From assembly GCA_963664435.2 (NCBI GenBank), contig CAXXKM010000001.1, positions 1,344,001 through 1,408,000 of the forward strand: a stretch of DNA of 64,000 nt. The letters run 5' to 3'. Each line of letters starts with the position of its first letter. The stretch's first letter is position 1. The DNA is from Longimicrobiales bacterium. Its GTDB lineage: Bacteria > Gemmatimonadota > Gemmatimonadetes > Longimicrobiales > Gaopeijiaceae. Made by a program: the position numbers and the translations under genes. The notes beneath the pieces are model-generated. The model worked only from the letters and a program-made list of their open reading frames with translations. It did not search any database and was not told the origin of the DNA. Shown piece after piece: positions 48,599-58,494 of this stretch.

Positions 48599-51500
48599 AT
48601 GGCCTCGACGCCTGCCGAGCGGGAGCGGAGCGGCATCCTCGACGCGGTGGTGGGCGCGTCGCTCCGGCACCGGCTGCTCACCGTCGGAGCCGCGGCGGTC
48701 GCGCTCGCCGGTGGGGGATGGGTCGCGGCGACCCTCCCCGTCGATGTCTTTCCGGACCTCACCGCCCCCACCGTCACGGTGCTCACGGACGCCCACGGCA
48801 TGGCGCCCGAAGAGGTCGAAAGCCTGGTGACCTTCCCCCTCGAGACCGCGGTGAACGGAGCCCCGGGCGTACGCCGGGTGCGGTCCAGCTCGGCGCAGGG
48901 CATCAGCATCGTCTGGGTGGACTTCGACTGGGGCACGGACCTGTTCCGCGCGCGCCAGATCGTGAACGAGCGACTCCAGCTCGCGGTGACGCAGTTCCCC
49001 GACGACGTGACGGCGCCCGTTCTCGCCCCGGTCAGCTCGATCATGGGCGAGATCCTGCTGATCGGCATGACCGCGCCGGAAGGGCAGCTCATGGAAGCGC
49101 GCACCGCCGCCGACTGGATGGTGCGGCGCCGGCTGCTGGCCCTGCCGGGCGTGTCGCAGGTGATTCCCATCGGAGGCGAGGTGCGGCAGTACCAGATTCT
49201 GGTCGATCCCGGCCGGATGCGGGCGTACGGGATCGCGCTCGACGAGATTCTGGCCGCCGCCACCGCCTCGAACCGAAACGTGTCCGGGGGAGTGTACCGA
49301 TCCGGGGGCCGGGAAGTCCTCATCCGCGGCCTCGGACGCGCGCGCGGCCTGGAGGAGATCGGCCTCACCGTGGTCGCGGTGCGCGACGGCGTACCCGTGC
49401 TGATCGAGGATGTCGCCGACGTGCGCATCGGCCCGAAGATCCGTTTCGGGACGGCCGCGGTGAACGCGGAGCCGGCCGTCATCCTCTCGATTCAGAAGCA
49501 GCCGGGGGCGAACACGCTGGAGCTGACCGAGCGCGTGGACGCCGAACTGGACGCCATCGAAGCCGAACTTCCCGCCGGCGTCTCGTTCGCGCGGGCCATC
49601 TTCCGCCAGGCGGACTTCATCTCGCTTGCCGTCGAGAATGTGGTCGAGGCGCTCCGCGACGGGGCGGTGCTCGTCGTCGTCGTCCTGTTCCTCTTCCTCT
49701 GGAACCTGCGCACAACAGTCATATCCGTCCTGGCGATTCCCCTGTCGCTCGCGCTGGCCGTCATCGCCCTGCTCCTGCTCGGAGGCACGATCAACACGAT
49801 GACCCTGGGGGGGATGGCGATCGCCATCGGCGCCCTTGTCGACGACGCCATCATCTTCGTGGAGAACGCCTACCGGCGCCTGCGCGGCAACCGGCAACAG
49901 CCGGAGGACATGCGGACGCCGACGCTCCCGCTGATCCGCTACGCCGCGCGCGAGATGCGCGATCCGATCGTCAACGCGACCATCATCATCACCGTTGTGT
50001 TCGTGCCGCTCTTCTTCCTGTCCGGGGTGGAGGGCCGCATGCTGCGCCCGCTCGGCCAGGCGTACATCGTGGCGATTCTGGCCTCGCTGCTGGTGGCGGT
50101 CACTGTGACTCCGGTGCTCTGTTCCCTGCTGCTGTCGGGAGATCGCTCGCTGGCGAAGAAGCAGGAACCCTGGCTGCTGCGCGGCGTGCAGCGCCTCTAC
50201 GGCAACCTGCTGGAATGGACGCTGCGGCGCTCGGGTGTCGTGGTTGCGGGAGCAGGTGTGCTGCTGCTGGGCACTCTGGCCCTGATTCCCTCGCTGGGCG
50301 GCGAGTTCCTGCCGCCGTTCCGGGAGGGTTCGCTGACCATCTCGGTGGTCAGCCTTCCGGGAACCTCGCTTGCCGAGTCGGACGGGATCGGAGCACGGGT
50401 GGAGCGGCGCCTGCTGGACCATCCCGCGGTGGTTTCCACCTCGCGGCGGACCGGGCGGGCGGATCTGGACGAGCACGCACAGGGTCCCAACGCCTCCGAA
50501 ATCGACGCGCGGCTCGACCTGGCCGACCACGACCTGGACGATGTTCTGGCCGAGCTGCGCGACGGCCTCACCGGATTCCCGGGCACCAGCGTCACGGTGG
50601 GTCAGCCCATCGGTCACCGCATCGACCACATGCTCTCCGGGACGCGCGCGGCCATCGCGGTGAATCTGTTCGGGCCGGAGCTGCAGCCCCTGCGTGACAT
50701 CGCGGCGCAGATCGAGACCGTCGCTGGCCAGATCCCCGGCCTGGTGGACATCGCCGTCGAGAGGCAGGCGGACGTGCCGCAGCTCCAGATCCGAGCGGAT
50801 CGCCGCGCCATGGCCCGCTACGGCGTCACCCCGGGATCGCTGACGGCTGCGGTGGATGTGGCGTTCCAGGGAGAGGAGGTCTCGCTGATCCGCGAGGGCC
50901 AGCGCGCCTTCGACCTGGTCGTGCGCTACGCCGACGAGCATCGCGCGGATGCGGATGCCATCGGAAACACGCTGGTGTCGACGCCGGCGGGAGCCACCGT
51001 TCCGCTCTCGCAGCTCGCATCCGTCGTGCCGGCGCGCGGTCCCAACACCATCAGCCGCGAAAACGTTCAGAGAAAGATCGCGATCAGCGCCAACGTGGCC
51101 GACCGCGACGTGGTCAGCGCGGTGACCGAACTGCAGGAGAGGGTCGCGGCGGACGTGGCGCTGCCGCAGGGGTACTCGCTTCAATACGGCGGCCAGTTCG
51201 AGAGCGGGCAGGCGGCGACCCGGAGCATCACCGTCCTCTCGTTCTTCTCGATCGCCGCGATCTTTCTGGTGCTGCTGCGGGCCTTCGGGAACATCCGCAC
51301 GGCGCTGCTGCTCATGGCCAACCTGCCCCTTGCGCTCGCGGGCGGCGTGGCCACGGTGATGCTCATCGGCGGCACCATCAACGTCGCCACCCTGGTCGGC
51401 TTCATCACCCTTTTCGGCATCGCGGTGCGCAACGGGATCCTGCTGGTCAGCCGCTACAAGCACCTCTGCGGCCACGGTCTTGCGCTCCCGGGCGCCATCC

Positions 51501-51724
51501 GGCGGGGGTCGACGGAGCGCCTCAGCCCGATCGTGATGACCGCGCTCACCACGGGCCTGGCGCTGATCCCGCTGGCCCTCGGCATCGGCGAGCCCGGGAA
51601 GGAGATCCAGGCGCCGCTCGCGGTGGTGGTGCTCGGCGGCCTGATCACGTCGACCTTCCTCAACATGTTCGTCATTCCCGCGCTGTTCCTGCGGTATGGC
51701 CGATTCGGAGCGGAAACGCGCTGA
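48599..51724 (+). CDS. Heavy-metal RND permease (CzcA/CusA family)
   Basis: PVDVFPDLTAP, LVDDAIIFVEN, RNGILL, ERLSPIVMTA. Confidence 0.92.
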   Translation: MASTPAERERSGILDAVVGASLRHRLLTVGAAAVALAGGGWVAATLPVDVFPDLTAPTVTVLTDAHGMAPEEVESLVTFPLETAVNGAPGVRRVRSSSAQGISIVWVDFDWGTDLFRARQIVNERLQLAVTQFPDDVTAPVLAPVSSIMGEILLIGMTAPEGQLMEARTAADWMVRRRLLALPGVSQVIPIGGEVRQYQILVDPGRMRAYGIALDEILAAATASNRNVSGGVYRSGGREVLIRGLGRARGLEEIGLTVVAVRDGVPVLIEDVADVRIGPKIRFGTAAVNAEPAVILSIQKQPGANTLELTERVDAELDAIEAELPAGVSFARAIFRQADFISLAVENVVEALRDGAVLVVVVLFLFLWNLRTTVISVLAIPLSLALAVIALLLLGGTINTMTLGGMAIAIGALVDDAIIFVENAYRRLRGNRQQPEDMRTPTLPLIRYAAREMRDPIVNATIIITVVFVPLFFLSGVEGRMLRPLGQAYIVAILASLLVAVTVTPVLCSLLLSGDRSLAKKQEPWLLRGVQRLYGNLLEWTLRRSGVVVAGAGVLLLGTLALIPSLGGEFLPPFREGSLTISVVSLPGTSLAESDGIGARVERRLLDHPAVVSTSRRTGRADLDEHAQGPNASEIDARLDLADHDLDDVLAELRDGLTGFPGTSVTVGQPIGHRIDHMLSGTRAAIAVNLFGPELQPLRDIAAQIETVAGQIPGLVDIAVERQADVPQLQIRADRRAMARYGVTPGSLTAAVDVAFQGEEVSLIREGQRAFDLVVRYADEHRADADAIGNTLVSTPAGATVPLSQLASVVPARGPNTISRENVQRKIAISANVADRDVVSAVTELQERVAADVALPQGYSLQYGGQFESGQAATRSITVLSFFSIAAIFLVLLRAFGNIRTALLLMANLPLALAGGVATVMLIGGTINVATLVGFITLFGIAVRNGILLVSRYKHLCGHGLALPGAIRRGSTERLSPIVMTALTTGLALIPLALGIGEPGKEIQAPLAVVVLGGLITSTFLNMFVIPALFLRYGRFGAETR

Positions 51725-51867
51725 TACCAGCCCGGCGGGGCCGGCTCGCCGGGGGCCGGCGCCAACTTCCAATCCTCGGCGCCTGTACCCGAACAAACGC
51801 CGAATATCGGGGTATAAGGAGGTAAGCCACCAGCCAATTCACCCCTGAAGCTCCGAGATCAGACACG

Positions 51868-53640
51868 ATGTCCACTGCCTCCGCAGCAGCACTCGCCCCG
51901 ACTCTTCCTGCCCCGGCTCCTACTTCGCCAGCTCCTACTTCGCCAGCTCCTACTTCGCCAGCTCCTACTTCGCCAGCTCCTACTTCGCCGGCCCCTTCTT
52001 CGCCAGCTACCCATGCGCCAGCTCCTACTTCGCCAGCTGCCTCCGTCCCGAACACGCTTGACCCCCTCGGCGACGAGATCGCGCTTCTGTGCGCCCACAT
52101 CACCGCCGCCACCTACCGGCTCCTCTGCCTGCTGAGGGTCTACGACGAAGAGGAACGCTGGCAGGGATTTCGCTCCTGCGCCCACTGGCTCTCCTGGCGT
52201 ACCGGCATCTCGCTAGGTCCCGCCCGCGAGAAGGTGCGCGTGGCGCGCTGTCTCCCCTCGCTGTCCCTCATCCCCGACGCCTTCGCCAGGGGCGAGATCT
52301 CGTACTCGAAGGTGCGGGCCATGACCCGCATCGCCGACGCCGAAAACGAGGCCGAACTCCTTGAGTTCGCCCGCCACGGCACCACCGCGCACGTGGAAAA
52401 GATGGTCCGGTATTGGCGGCGCATCGACCGGGGCGACGCCTCCCGGGCCGCCCGTGAGGAGCGCCGCGGCCTCTCGCTGTGGCTCACCGAGGACGGCAGC
52501 TACGAAGTGCGGGGCCGGCTAAACCCGGAGGTCGGCGCCCTGCTCCTCAAGGCGCTCGAGGTGGCGGAGACCCGGCTCTACCGCGCCGAGCGCAATGCCG
52601 GGACCGCGCACAGGACGTCGGCGGAGCAACGCCGGGCCGACGCCCTGGGGCTTTGGCTGGAAGAGCGGGTGCAACCTCAGGTGCAGCTCGTGGTCCACTC
52701 GTTCGCAGGCGGCCAGCACGGGGCGCAAGAGGAGCAGGCACAGAACGCTGCGGTGACGCAGGAACAGGATGCGCCAGCGGAGCAGGCACAGAACGCTGCG
52801 GTGGAGCAGGAACAGGACGCTGCGGTGGCGCAGGAACAGGATGCACCCTTGGCGCAGGAACAGGACGCTGCGGTTCTGCTGGTCACCGAGGATGGCTCGC
52901 GGGTTTCAGCTGAAACGTCTTCGCGGCTCACCTGCGATGCGGAGGTCGTGCCGATTGCGCGGGCGGGCGACGGCTCCGTGCTCGATGTCGGGCGCCGTCG
53001 AAGGACCGTCGGCTGGCGGCTGCGCAAGGCCCTGGAGGCACGCGACGGCGGCTGCCGGTTCCCCGGGTGCGATTCGCGCGCGCGCACCCACGCCCACCAC
53101 ATCACCCCGTGGGCCCACGGTGGAGAGACCGCCATGAACAACCTGGTGCTGCTGTGCCCCTTCCACCACCGCGCGGTCCACGAGGGGGGCTGGCGGGTGG
53201 AGATGGACGAGTGGGGAGCCCCGCGCTTCTTCAATCCGCTGGGCGTTCCGCTGCCCGTGCAGCCGGAGCCGTCGGACATCGGCGACCTGGTGCCCGCCTC
53301 TCCCGACATCGCCGAAGGGGTGCCCCGCGGCGGCTCGCCGACACTCCGGAAGCCTTCGCTCGCACCCCGGGAGCCCTCGCCCGCATTCCGGATGCCCTCG
53401 GCCGCATGCCCGAAGGCTCCGGCGGCGCTCCCCCTGGCCTCCCCGGGACCATCGGTCTCGTCCTCGACGTTGGCAGACCCGCCGCCACCCTCGGCGCAGG
53501 ACTTCGGTCTGCACCGCTGGCACGGCCAGGACGGCATCGACGCCTGGACCGGGGACTCGCTGTGGACGGGCGAACGCATCGACTGGGGCTATGCGATGAT
53601 GTGCCTCTGGAGGGAAGGAGGACAGAGCAGCCGTCCCTGA
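51868..53640 (+). CDS. DUF222 + HNH endonuclease (13E12-like)
   Basis: SCAHWLSWRTG, GEISYSKVRAMTR, RDGGCRFPGC, HAHHITPWAHGGET-NLVLLCPFHH. Confidence 0.9.
   Translation: MSTASAAALAPTLPAPAPTSPAPTSPAPTSPAPTSPAPTSPAPSSPATHAPAPTSPAASVPNTLDPLGDEIALLCAHITAATYRLLCLLRVYDEEERWQGFRSCAHWLSWRTGISLGPAREKVRVARCLPSLSLIPDAFARGEISYSKVRAMTRIADAENEAELLEFARHGTTAHVEKMVRYWRRIDRGDASRAAREERRGLSLWLTEDGSYEVRGRLNPEVGALLLKALEVAETRLYRAERNAGTAHRTSAEQRRADALGLWLEERVQPQVQLVVHSFAGGQHGAQEEQAQNAAVTQEQDAPAEQAQNAAVEQEQDAAVAQEQDAPLAQEQDAAVLLVTEDGSRVSAETSSRLTCDAEVVPIARAGDGSVLDVGRRRRTVGWRLRKALEARDGGCRFPGCDSRARTHAHHITPWAHGGETAMNNLVLLCPFHHRAVHEGGWRVEMDEWGAPRFFNPLGVPLPVQPEPSDIGDLVPASPDIAEGVPRGGSPTLRKPSLAPREPSPAFRMPSAACPKAPAALPLASPGPSVSSSTLADPPPPSAQDFGLHRWHGQDGIDAWTGDSLWTGERIDWGYAMMCLWREGGQSSRP
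51913..52040 (+). repeat. 15-bp tandem repeat (PAPTS) x8-9
   Basis: CCAGCTCCTACTTCG units. Confidence 0.9.
52730..52875 (+). repeat. Degenerate ~24-bp in-frame repeats (QEQDAAVA)
   Basis: CAGGAACAGGA(C/T)GC... repeated. Confidence 0.8.
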
Positions 53641-53722
53641 CCCTGCGTCTACATCCGCGCGCCGTTGAGCCATACCGGGACACGCCGCAGACTAACAGGT
53701 GCCAACATCCCGGGACACCACG

Positions 53723-56700
53723 CTAATGCAGGATGTTGCGTGACCTCAGGTGGGTGGTCACGGCGCCGATCATGAGGGGGCGGATGCGGTATTCGGGCTG
53801 GGCTGAGCTGTCCCCTGCCGTCTTCTCCGCGATCGGCTTCTCGCTGTCCGCGGACGGGACCCTTTCAATCACTCGACGCTCTTCCAGCGACCGGAGGATG
53901 TGCAGGCTCTCGGCACCCGAGGTCCGGGAGATTACGCAGTATTCGTCCGAGGTCAGAGTACCGTGGTCCACAATGGCCTTGAGGGCGAAGCTCTGCGCCA
54001 GATCCAGGTTCTCGATGCCCGACTCCAGCGCGCTCAGCGGACGCACGAGGAGACTTCCCGCCGTCGAAGCGAAGTCCGCCGAGCGCAACCAGTAGAACAG
54101 CGCCAGACGCGGGAATCCCTGGGAAACCCGGTGTAGACGCTGGAAAAAGTCGGATTCGATGGGGTCCCCCTGCCTGGCCGAGCCCCGCAGCCGGCGCGCC
54201 CGGCGTCGCAGCAGCGCCCTTCGGTCGCGTGGTTCGGCGAAGCGCAGGGGGAGCCCGCTCAGCCGATGCCGGGCCAGAATCGCCTGGCGCAACGCTTCGG
54301 GGGACAGTTCCCCCAGAGTGACCCGCTCGATGTCGTGCACGAAGGCGGGGGCACGCTTCTCGACCAGTTGCCAGGCCGTCGAGGTCATGGCTGCGATCCA
54401 GAACACCCTCGATTCGGTGCGCGACATGAAGGTCAGGAGCCGCTCGACCAGCCTGCCTCCCCCGGGCGCGCGCATGTGCAGATGTTCCGTCGCCTCCAGG
54501 ATGGCGAAGCCCGGTACAGACCCCGGTGGCGCCTCCAGTAACCGGTCCGCGAGCGAGTCGAGGTCGTCCGCCTCCCCCAGCCCCAGCCATTCGGCCAGGC
54601 ACCGCGCGAGACGCGCCTCCGCCCGCATCTTTGTGGTGAACCTGCGCCGTACCCCGCCCGGAGCCTCGGTGGAGAGGCGGCCTGTGACGACATTCAGGAA
54701 ACTGGTCACGCCGACGCCGGGCGATGCGATGACGACCAGGGACCTGGCCTCCCCGGTCGCTCGCCTCGCCCAGGCCGCCTCCACCGCGGCCAGGGCGTCC
54801 TCGCGCCCCGCGAGCAAACGCGCGTCGGCCAGCGGTTCCAGCGCGAAGAGGCGCCGGTAGACGACCGGAAGCGCGCGCGGAACCTCATCCGCGTACGCCA
54901 GTGAGTCGCGGCGGTCGACGACGTCCCGGGCCGCTGGACCGAGACCGATGCTCGCGCTGAGCGGCCGAAGGAGCCCCAAAACCCACGATGCGGCCGCGGC
55001 GGCCCCGCCGCCAACCTGCGCCGACAGCCGCCGCGCCCGCATCCACGCCCGGGCGAGTCCGGCCGCCAGAACTGTGCGGGCCTCCAGATAACCGGCCGTC
55101 ATCCGGTCCGCGGTCACCTGCTCGATCAGCTGGCGCAAACCGCCGCCGATCTCGGCCGCGAGCCTGCCTTCCGCCACCGCCACGGCTTCGCGCAGGAGTT
55201 CGCGCGCGGTCGCTGCCTTGTCGCCGGCGCGGGTGAGGCCGTTGACGACCAGCACCGTGGGATGCGGCGCGTCGGAGTCGCGCCGGTCCTTCGCCTCCGC
55301 GACCGCGGCCTCATAGCCGTATCCCGACACCTCCCGGAGGTCAGTCACCTGCGAGCGAATCCGGTGCATGGCTTCACGGATCGCTGCAGGCGCGGCTCGC
55401 ATGCGTTCCCGGCGCAGGAGATCGAAGGCGTGCAGGAAGGTATCGCGCGGACGCACGGTGCGGGGGTCCGCCGTCGGTCGTCGAGGAGGATCTCCGGGCG
55501 GCGGGATGTCGTGAAGCGCCAGCGCTCCGGGCATCCGCTCCCGAATCTCGTCCAGACCGTGGATCGCGTCCTCCACCGTAGCAGTCAGCGCCTCGAACAC
55601 GGCGTCGGGTTCCGGCAGCACGCCCTGGAGGCGCTCGAGCGCTGCATCGGTGAGTTGCCGCTCGGCCTCCAGAATCGGCGCAAGATCCTCATCGCCGGCT
55701 GACAGGCCCGCTACGCGCTTCCTGCTTCGGCCCAGTTCGGCCGCGACTTCGGCCAACACCGCATCCGCGTTGCGGACGGTACGCGACCAGTCACCACGCA
55801 GTGCGCCGCGAATCCCTTCGACATCACGGCGCATCGCGACCAGGCCCCGGTACAACTCCAGCCGGGCCCCCGCTCCCTCCGCCCAGGCATCCCATTGGAC
55901 GGCCAGTTCCCGCTGGCGTCCGGGGCCCGGCCGACTGGAGGGCGGGTCGGCCGCGAAGGTGCCGGCCACCGCCACCGAGGCCGCCAGGGATTCCTCCAGC
56001 TGTCCGAAATCGGCGCGGCGGGCGCTCCCGGCAGCCTTTTCGACGTCGTCGACGAGCGCCTGCAGTTCGGCCTGCAGCCGCGCTCCGGCCGCGTGGTCGA
56101 GCCCTACTTCGGCCGCGTGGTCGAACCGTACTTCGGGGGCGTCGTGCAACCGCGCTCCGGCGGCGTGGTGGGCCGGGATCTCGGCAGGCAACTGCTCCTC
56201 CGCGACAGAGTCGTCGGAGGGTGCGGGCTCATCGACCGAAGGGACCGGCTGCAGCACCGCGGCCGCCCACTCGGCCCATGCGCGCTCCAGGCGCCCGAGC
56301 CATTCGGCCCGGTCGTGCTGGCTCCGGCGGAAGGCATTCGCCTGGTTGCGGAGCACCACCTGAACGAGGTGCTGGCGGGCCAGCCGGGCCACAGGGACGC
56401 GGCGCATCCGGCCCCGCCGCCACATGGTCGGCCCGAGTACACGCGCCACGGCTCGCTTGATCGTGCGAATGGCACCGACGCCGGAGACGCGCGCGGCGGG
56501 CAGGCGGGAAGCCTGCGCCTGCAGCATGGCCGGCAGCTCCGTCAGCGATGCGCGCGCGCGGCCCGCAGTCGAAGCGAGGGATTCTTCCAGTTCGGTGGCC
56601 ACGGCCCGTCCGGCGAGAGCGGCGCGCAAGGGCTCGATGACATCTTCCGAGACTGCATCGCGGTATCGTGCCGGCGCTCCGGGCGCAGCCTGCCCGCTGT

Positions 56701-56959
56701 CGCCGGCGCGCGCGCGCCGGCCTCCGTCTCCCGCGACCCCTTCCCGCTCTCGATCGCCGCCGGGACTCGCATCCTCCATTCCCTCGACGGCGAGGGCGCC
56801 GAGTGCAAGCTCATGTGCACTCGCGGCGTCCTCCAACGTCTGGCGAACGGGATGCCACACTTCCTCCTCGTAGCGCCCCCAGGCCTCCGCGAAGGGCACA
56901 TGAACCGCCGCGGAGATGCGGGCGACGATCTCGGTATCGCTGCGCCGGTCGTCGCTCAT
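53723..56959 (-). CDS. Large helical protein with C-terminal degenerate P-loop NTPase domain
   Basis: ATG overlaps the MscS TGA; LPVVYRRLF...LAGRE, ASPGVGVTS, AILEATEH. Confidence 0.75.
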   Translation of the reverse strand: MSDDRRSDTEIVARISAAVHVPFAEAWGRYEEEVWHPVRQTLEDAASAHELALGALAVEGMEDASPGGDREREGVAGDGGRRARAGDSGQAAPGAPARYRDAVSEDVIEPLRAALAGRAVATELEESLASTAGRARASLTELPAMLQAQASRLPAARVSGVGAIRTIKRAVARVLGPTMWRRGRMRRVPVARLARQHLVQVVLRNQANAFRRSQHDRAEWLGRLERAWAEWAAAVLQPVPSVDEPAPSDDSVAEEQLPAEIPAHHAAGARLHDAPEVRFDHAAEVGLDHAAGARLQAELQALVDDVEKAAGSARRADFGQLEESLAASVAVAGTFAADPPSSRPGPGRQRELAVQWDAWAEGAGARLELYRGLVAMRRDVEGIRGALRGDWSRTVRNADAVLAEVAAELGRSRKRVAGLSAGDEDLAPILEAERQLTDAALERLQGVLPEPDAVFEALTATVEDAIHGLDEIRERMPGALALHDIPPPGDPPRRPTADPRTVRPRDTFLHAFDLLRRERMRAAPAAIREAMHRIRSQVTDLREVSGYGYEAAVAEAKDRRDSDAPHPTVLVVNGLTRAGDKAATARELLREAVAVAEGRLAAEIGGGLRQLIEQVTADRMTAGYLEARTVLAAGLARAWMRARRLSAQVGGGAAAAASWVLGLLRPLSASIGLGPAARDVVDRRDSLAYADEVPRALPVVYRRLFALEPLADARLLAGREDALAAVEAAWARRATGEARSLVVIASPGVGVTSFLNVVTGRLSTEAPGGVRRRFTTKMRAEARLARCLAEWLGLGEADDLDSLADRLLEAPPGSVPGFAILEATEHLHMRAPGGGRLVERLLTFMSRTESRVFWIAAMTSTAWQLVEKRAPAFVHDIERVTLGELSPEALRQAILARHRLSGLPLRFAEPRDRRALLRRRARRLRGSARQGDPIESDFFQRLHRVSQGFPRLALFYWLRSADFASTAGSLLVRPLSALESGIENLDLAQSFALKAIVDHGTLTSDEYCVISRTSGAESLHILRSLEERRVIERVPSADSEKPIAEKTAGDSSAQPEYRIRPLMIGAVTTHLRSRNILH

Positions 56960-58353
56960 CGCGCGCTCCGCTGACCCGGGGTGGACGCCTCCGGGGGTTC
57001 GACCATCGGATACCAGTCGCGTTCCGGCATGAGACCCGCGGCGCGGAAACCATCGCGGGCGCGCTCGGTGATGTCGCTCTGCATCAGGAACTCGAAGCGG
57101 GGATCCAGCACGTAGGCCTTCACCCTCACGCGGGTCACGAAGGTGGTGCGGAACTCGTCTCCGACGAGCACCACGATGGGTTTGTTCAGGAAGACGTACC
57201 GGGAAGTCACCGCCGCCTCGAAGGCGATCTCCCTGGCCCTGCGCTCGTCCACGCGGCCGGGCAGGTAGAGATCGGTCACGACCTGGCAGTTCAGCTGCCC
57301 GGCGTTGGCGTTGGCGACCTGCTCCTCCACGACCTGCGAGTTGGGCACGGTCACCAGGTTGTCGTCGGCGGTCACGATGCGCGTCGACCTGAGGCCGATC
57401 GACACAACCTCGCCGTAAGTGCCCCCCACCGAGATCTTGTCGCCTACCTGGAAGGGCTGGTCGAAGACGACGATCAGGCCCCCGAACACGTTCTTCAGCA
57501 GGTCCTGCGCCGCGATGCCGAGCGCCAGGCCCAGCGCCGCGCTCGCCGCGAGGAGCCCCTGGGCGTCGACCCGGAACACGGTGCGCAGGATGAGGTAGGC
57601 CGCGATCCCCCACAGCGCCATGCGGGTGATGGGGATGAGCCACTTGATCGAGAGGCGGCGCTTGACGCTCCGTTCGGCCAGCGTCTCCAGGACCCATCCC
57701 AGCGCCCGGATCAGGAAGTGAAAGACGACGATGACGACCAGCGACCAGAAGATGCCGACCCCGAGACTCCGGACCTCCTCGGTCGCGCCCTCCAGATCGA
57801 GGGCCGCGCCGGAGGTGTCGGTCTGAGCCGTGGCCCCCGGACCGCCCTGCTCCATCGCGTCCAGGCGGGATAGTATCAGCTGCTGTGCCGCAGTGATATC
57901 ACTCAACTGGGCGGCGAGTGAGTCGAGGGTCGCCTGGGATGGCAGAGCCTGCTGCTGCGCGGCGAGCGAGTCGAGGGCCGCCTGGGATGGTAGAGCCTGC
58001 GAAGGGGCGCCGGCCTGCAGTGAGGCGCCGGCCTGCTGTGGGACACCGGCCTGCTGATCGGCACCGGCCTGCTGATCGGCACCGGCCTGCGGCTGAGCGC
58101 CAGCCGGCGCATCCGCCTCAGCTCCGGGGCCCGCAGCGAGTTCCGCGCCCGGATCGGCCTGCTGTTGGACCTCCGCGTCCACCTCGGTGCCGGAGGCAGC
58201 CGGCTGCTCCGCCCCGGTAATCACCACGGTCCCGGGGTCCGAGTCCATCGGCGCAGGGTCGCCGCACGCCGCGGCCGCCATCAGGAGCATGACCCCGCCC
58301 GCAACGCGCGAGACGAGCCTGGCGGCGTCGCTGTTCGTGTCTCGTACAGCCAT
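56956..58353 (-). CDS. MscS family mechanosensitive channel with lipoprotein-like, repetitive N-terminus
   Basis: AAQDLLKNVFGG, PFQVGDKI, GEVVSIGLRST, VTVPNS; N-terminal AAAC and QQAGA repeats. Confidence 0.88.
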   Translation of the reverse strand: MAVRDTNSDAARLVSRVAGGVMLLMAAAACGDPAPMDSDPGTVVITGAEQPAASGTEVDAEVQQQADPGAELAAGPGAEADAPAGAQPQAGADQQAGADQQAGVPQQAGASLQAGAPSQALPSQAALDSLAAQQQALPSQATLDSLAAQLSDITAAQQLILSRLDAMEQGGPGATAQTDTSGAALDLEGATEEVRSLGVGIFWSLVVIVVFHFLIRALGWVLETLAERSVKRRLSIKWLIPITRMALWGIAAYLILRTVFRVDAQGLLAASAALGLALGIAAQDLLKNVFGGLIVVFDQPFQVGDKISVGGTYGEVVSIGLRSTRIVTADDNLVTVPNSQVVEEQVANANAGQLNCQVVTDLYLPGRVDERRAREIAFEAAVTSRYVFLNKPIVVLVGDEFRTTFVTRVRVKAYVLDPRFEFLMQSDITERARDGFRAAGLMPERDWYPMVEPPEASTPGQRSAR

Positions 58354-58494
58354 TTGTCGGCGGGTTCTCGGGTAGGTTTGCGGCAACTCTACATTACCCG
58401 CGCGCCCGCCGCGCGCCTACCCCCGGCGTTCAACCGCCCCGCGTGCAGCCTTCGCTTGCGTGTAGTATCACCTTGTGCACTGCGATGATATCAC

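Noticed and set aside
48509..51796. 1095-aa minus-strand ORF and similar long antisense ORFs (14860-16896, 36742-39276, 60352-62241)
   Set aside because: Shadow ORFs of well-supported genes in high-GC DNA; no motifs.
56960..57697. N-terminal extension of the 1324-aa ORF
   Set aside because: Overlaps MscS in another frame; the ATGA-coupled start at 56959 fits better.
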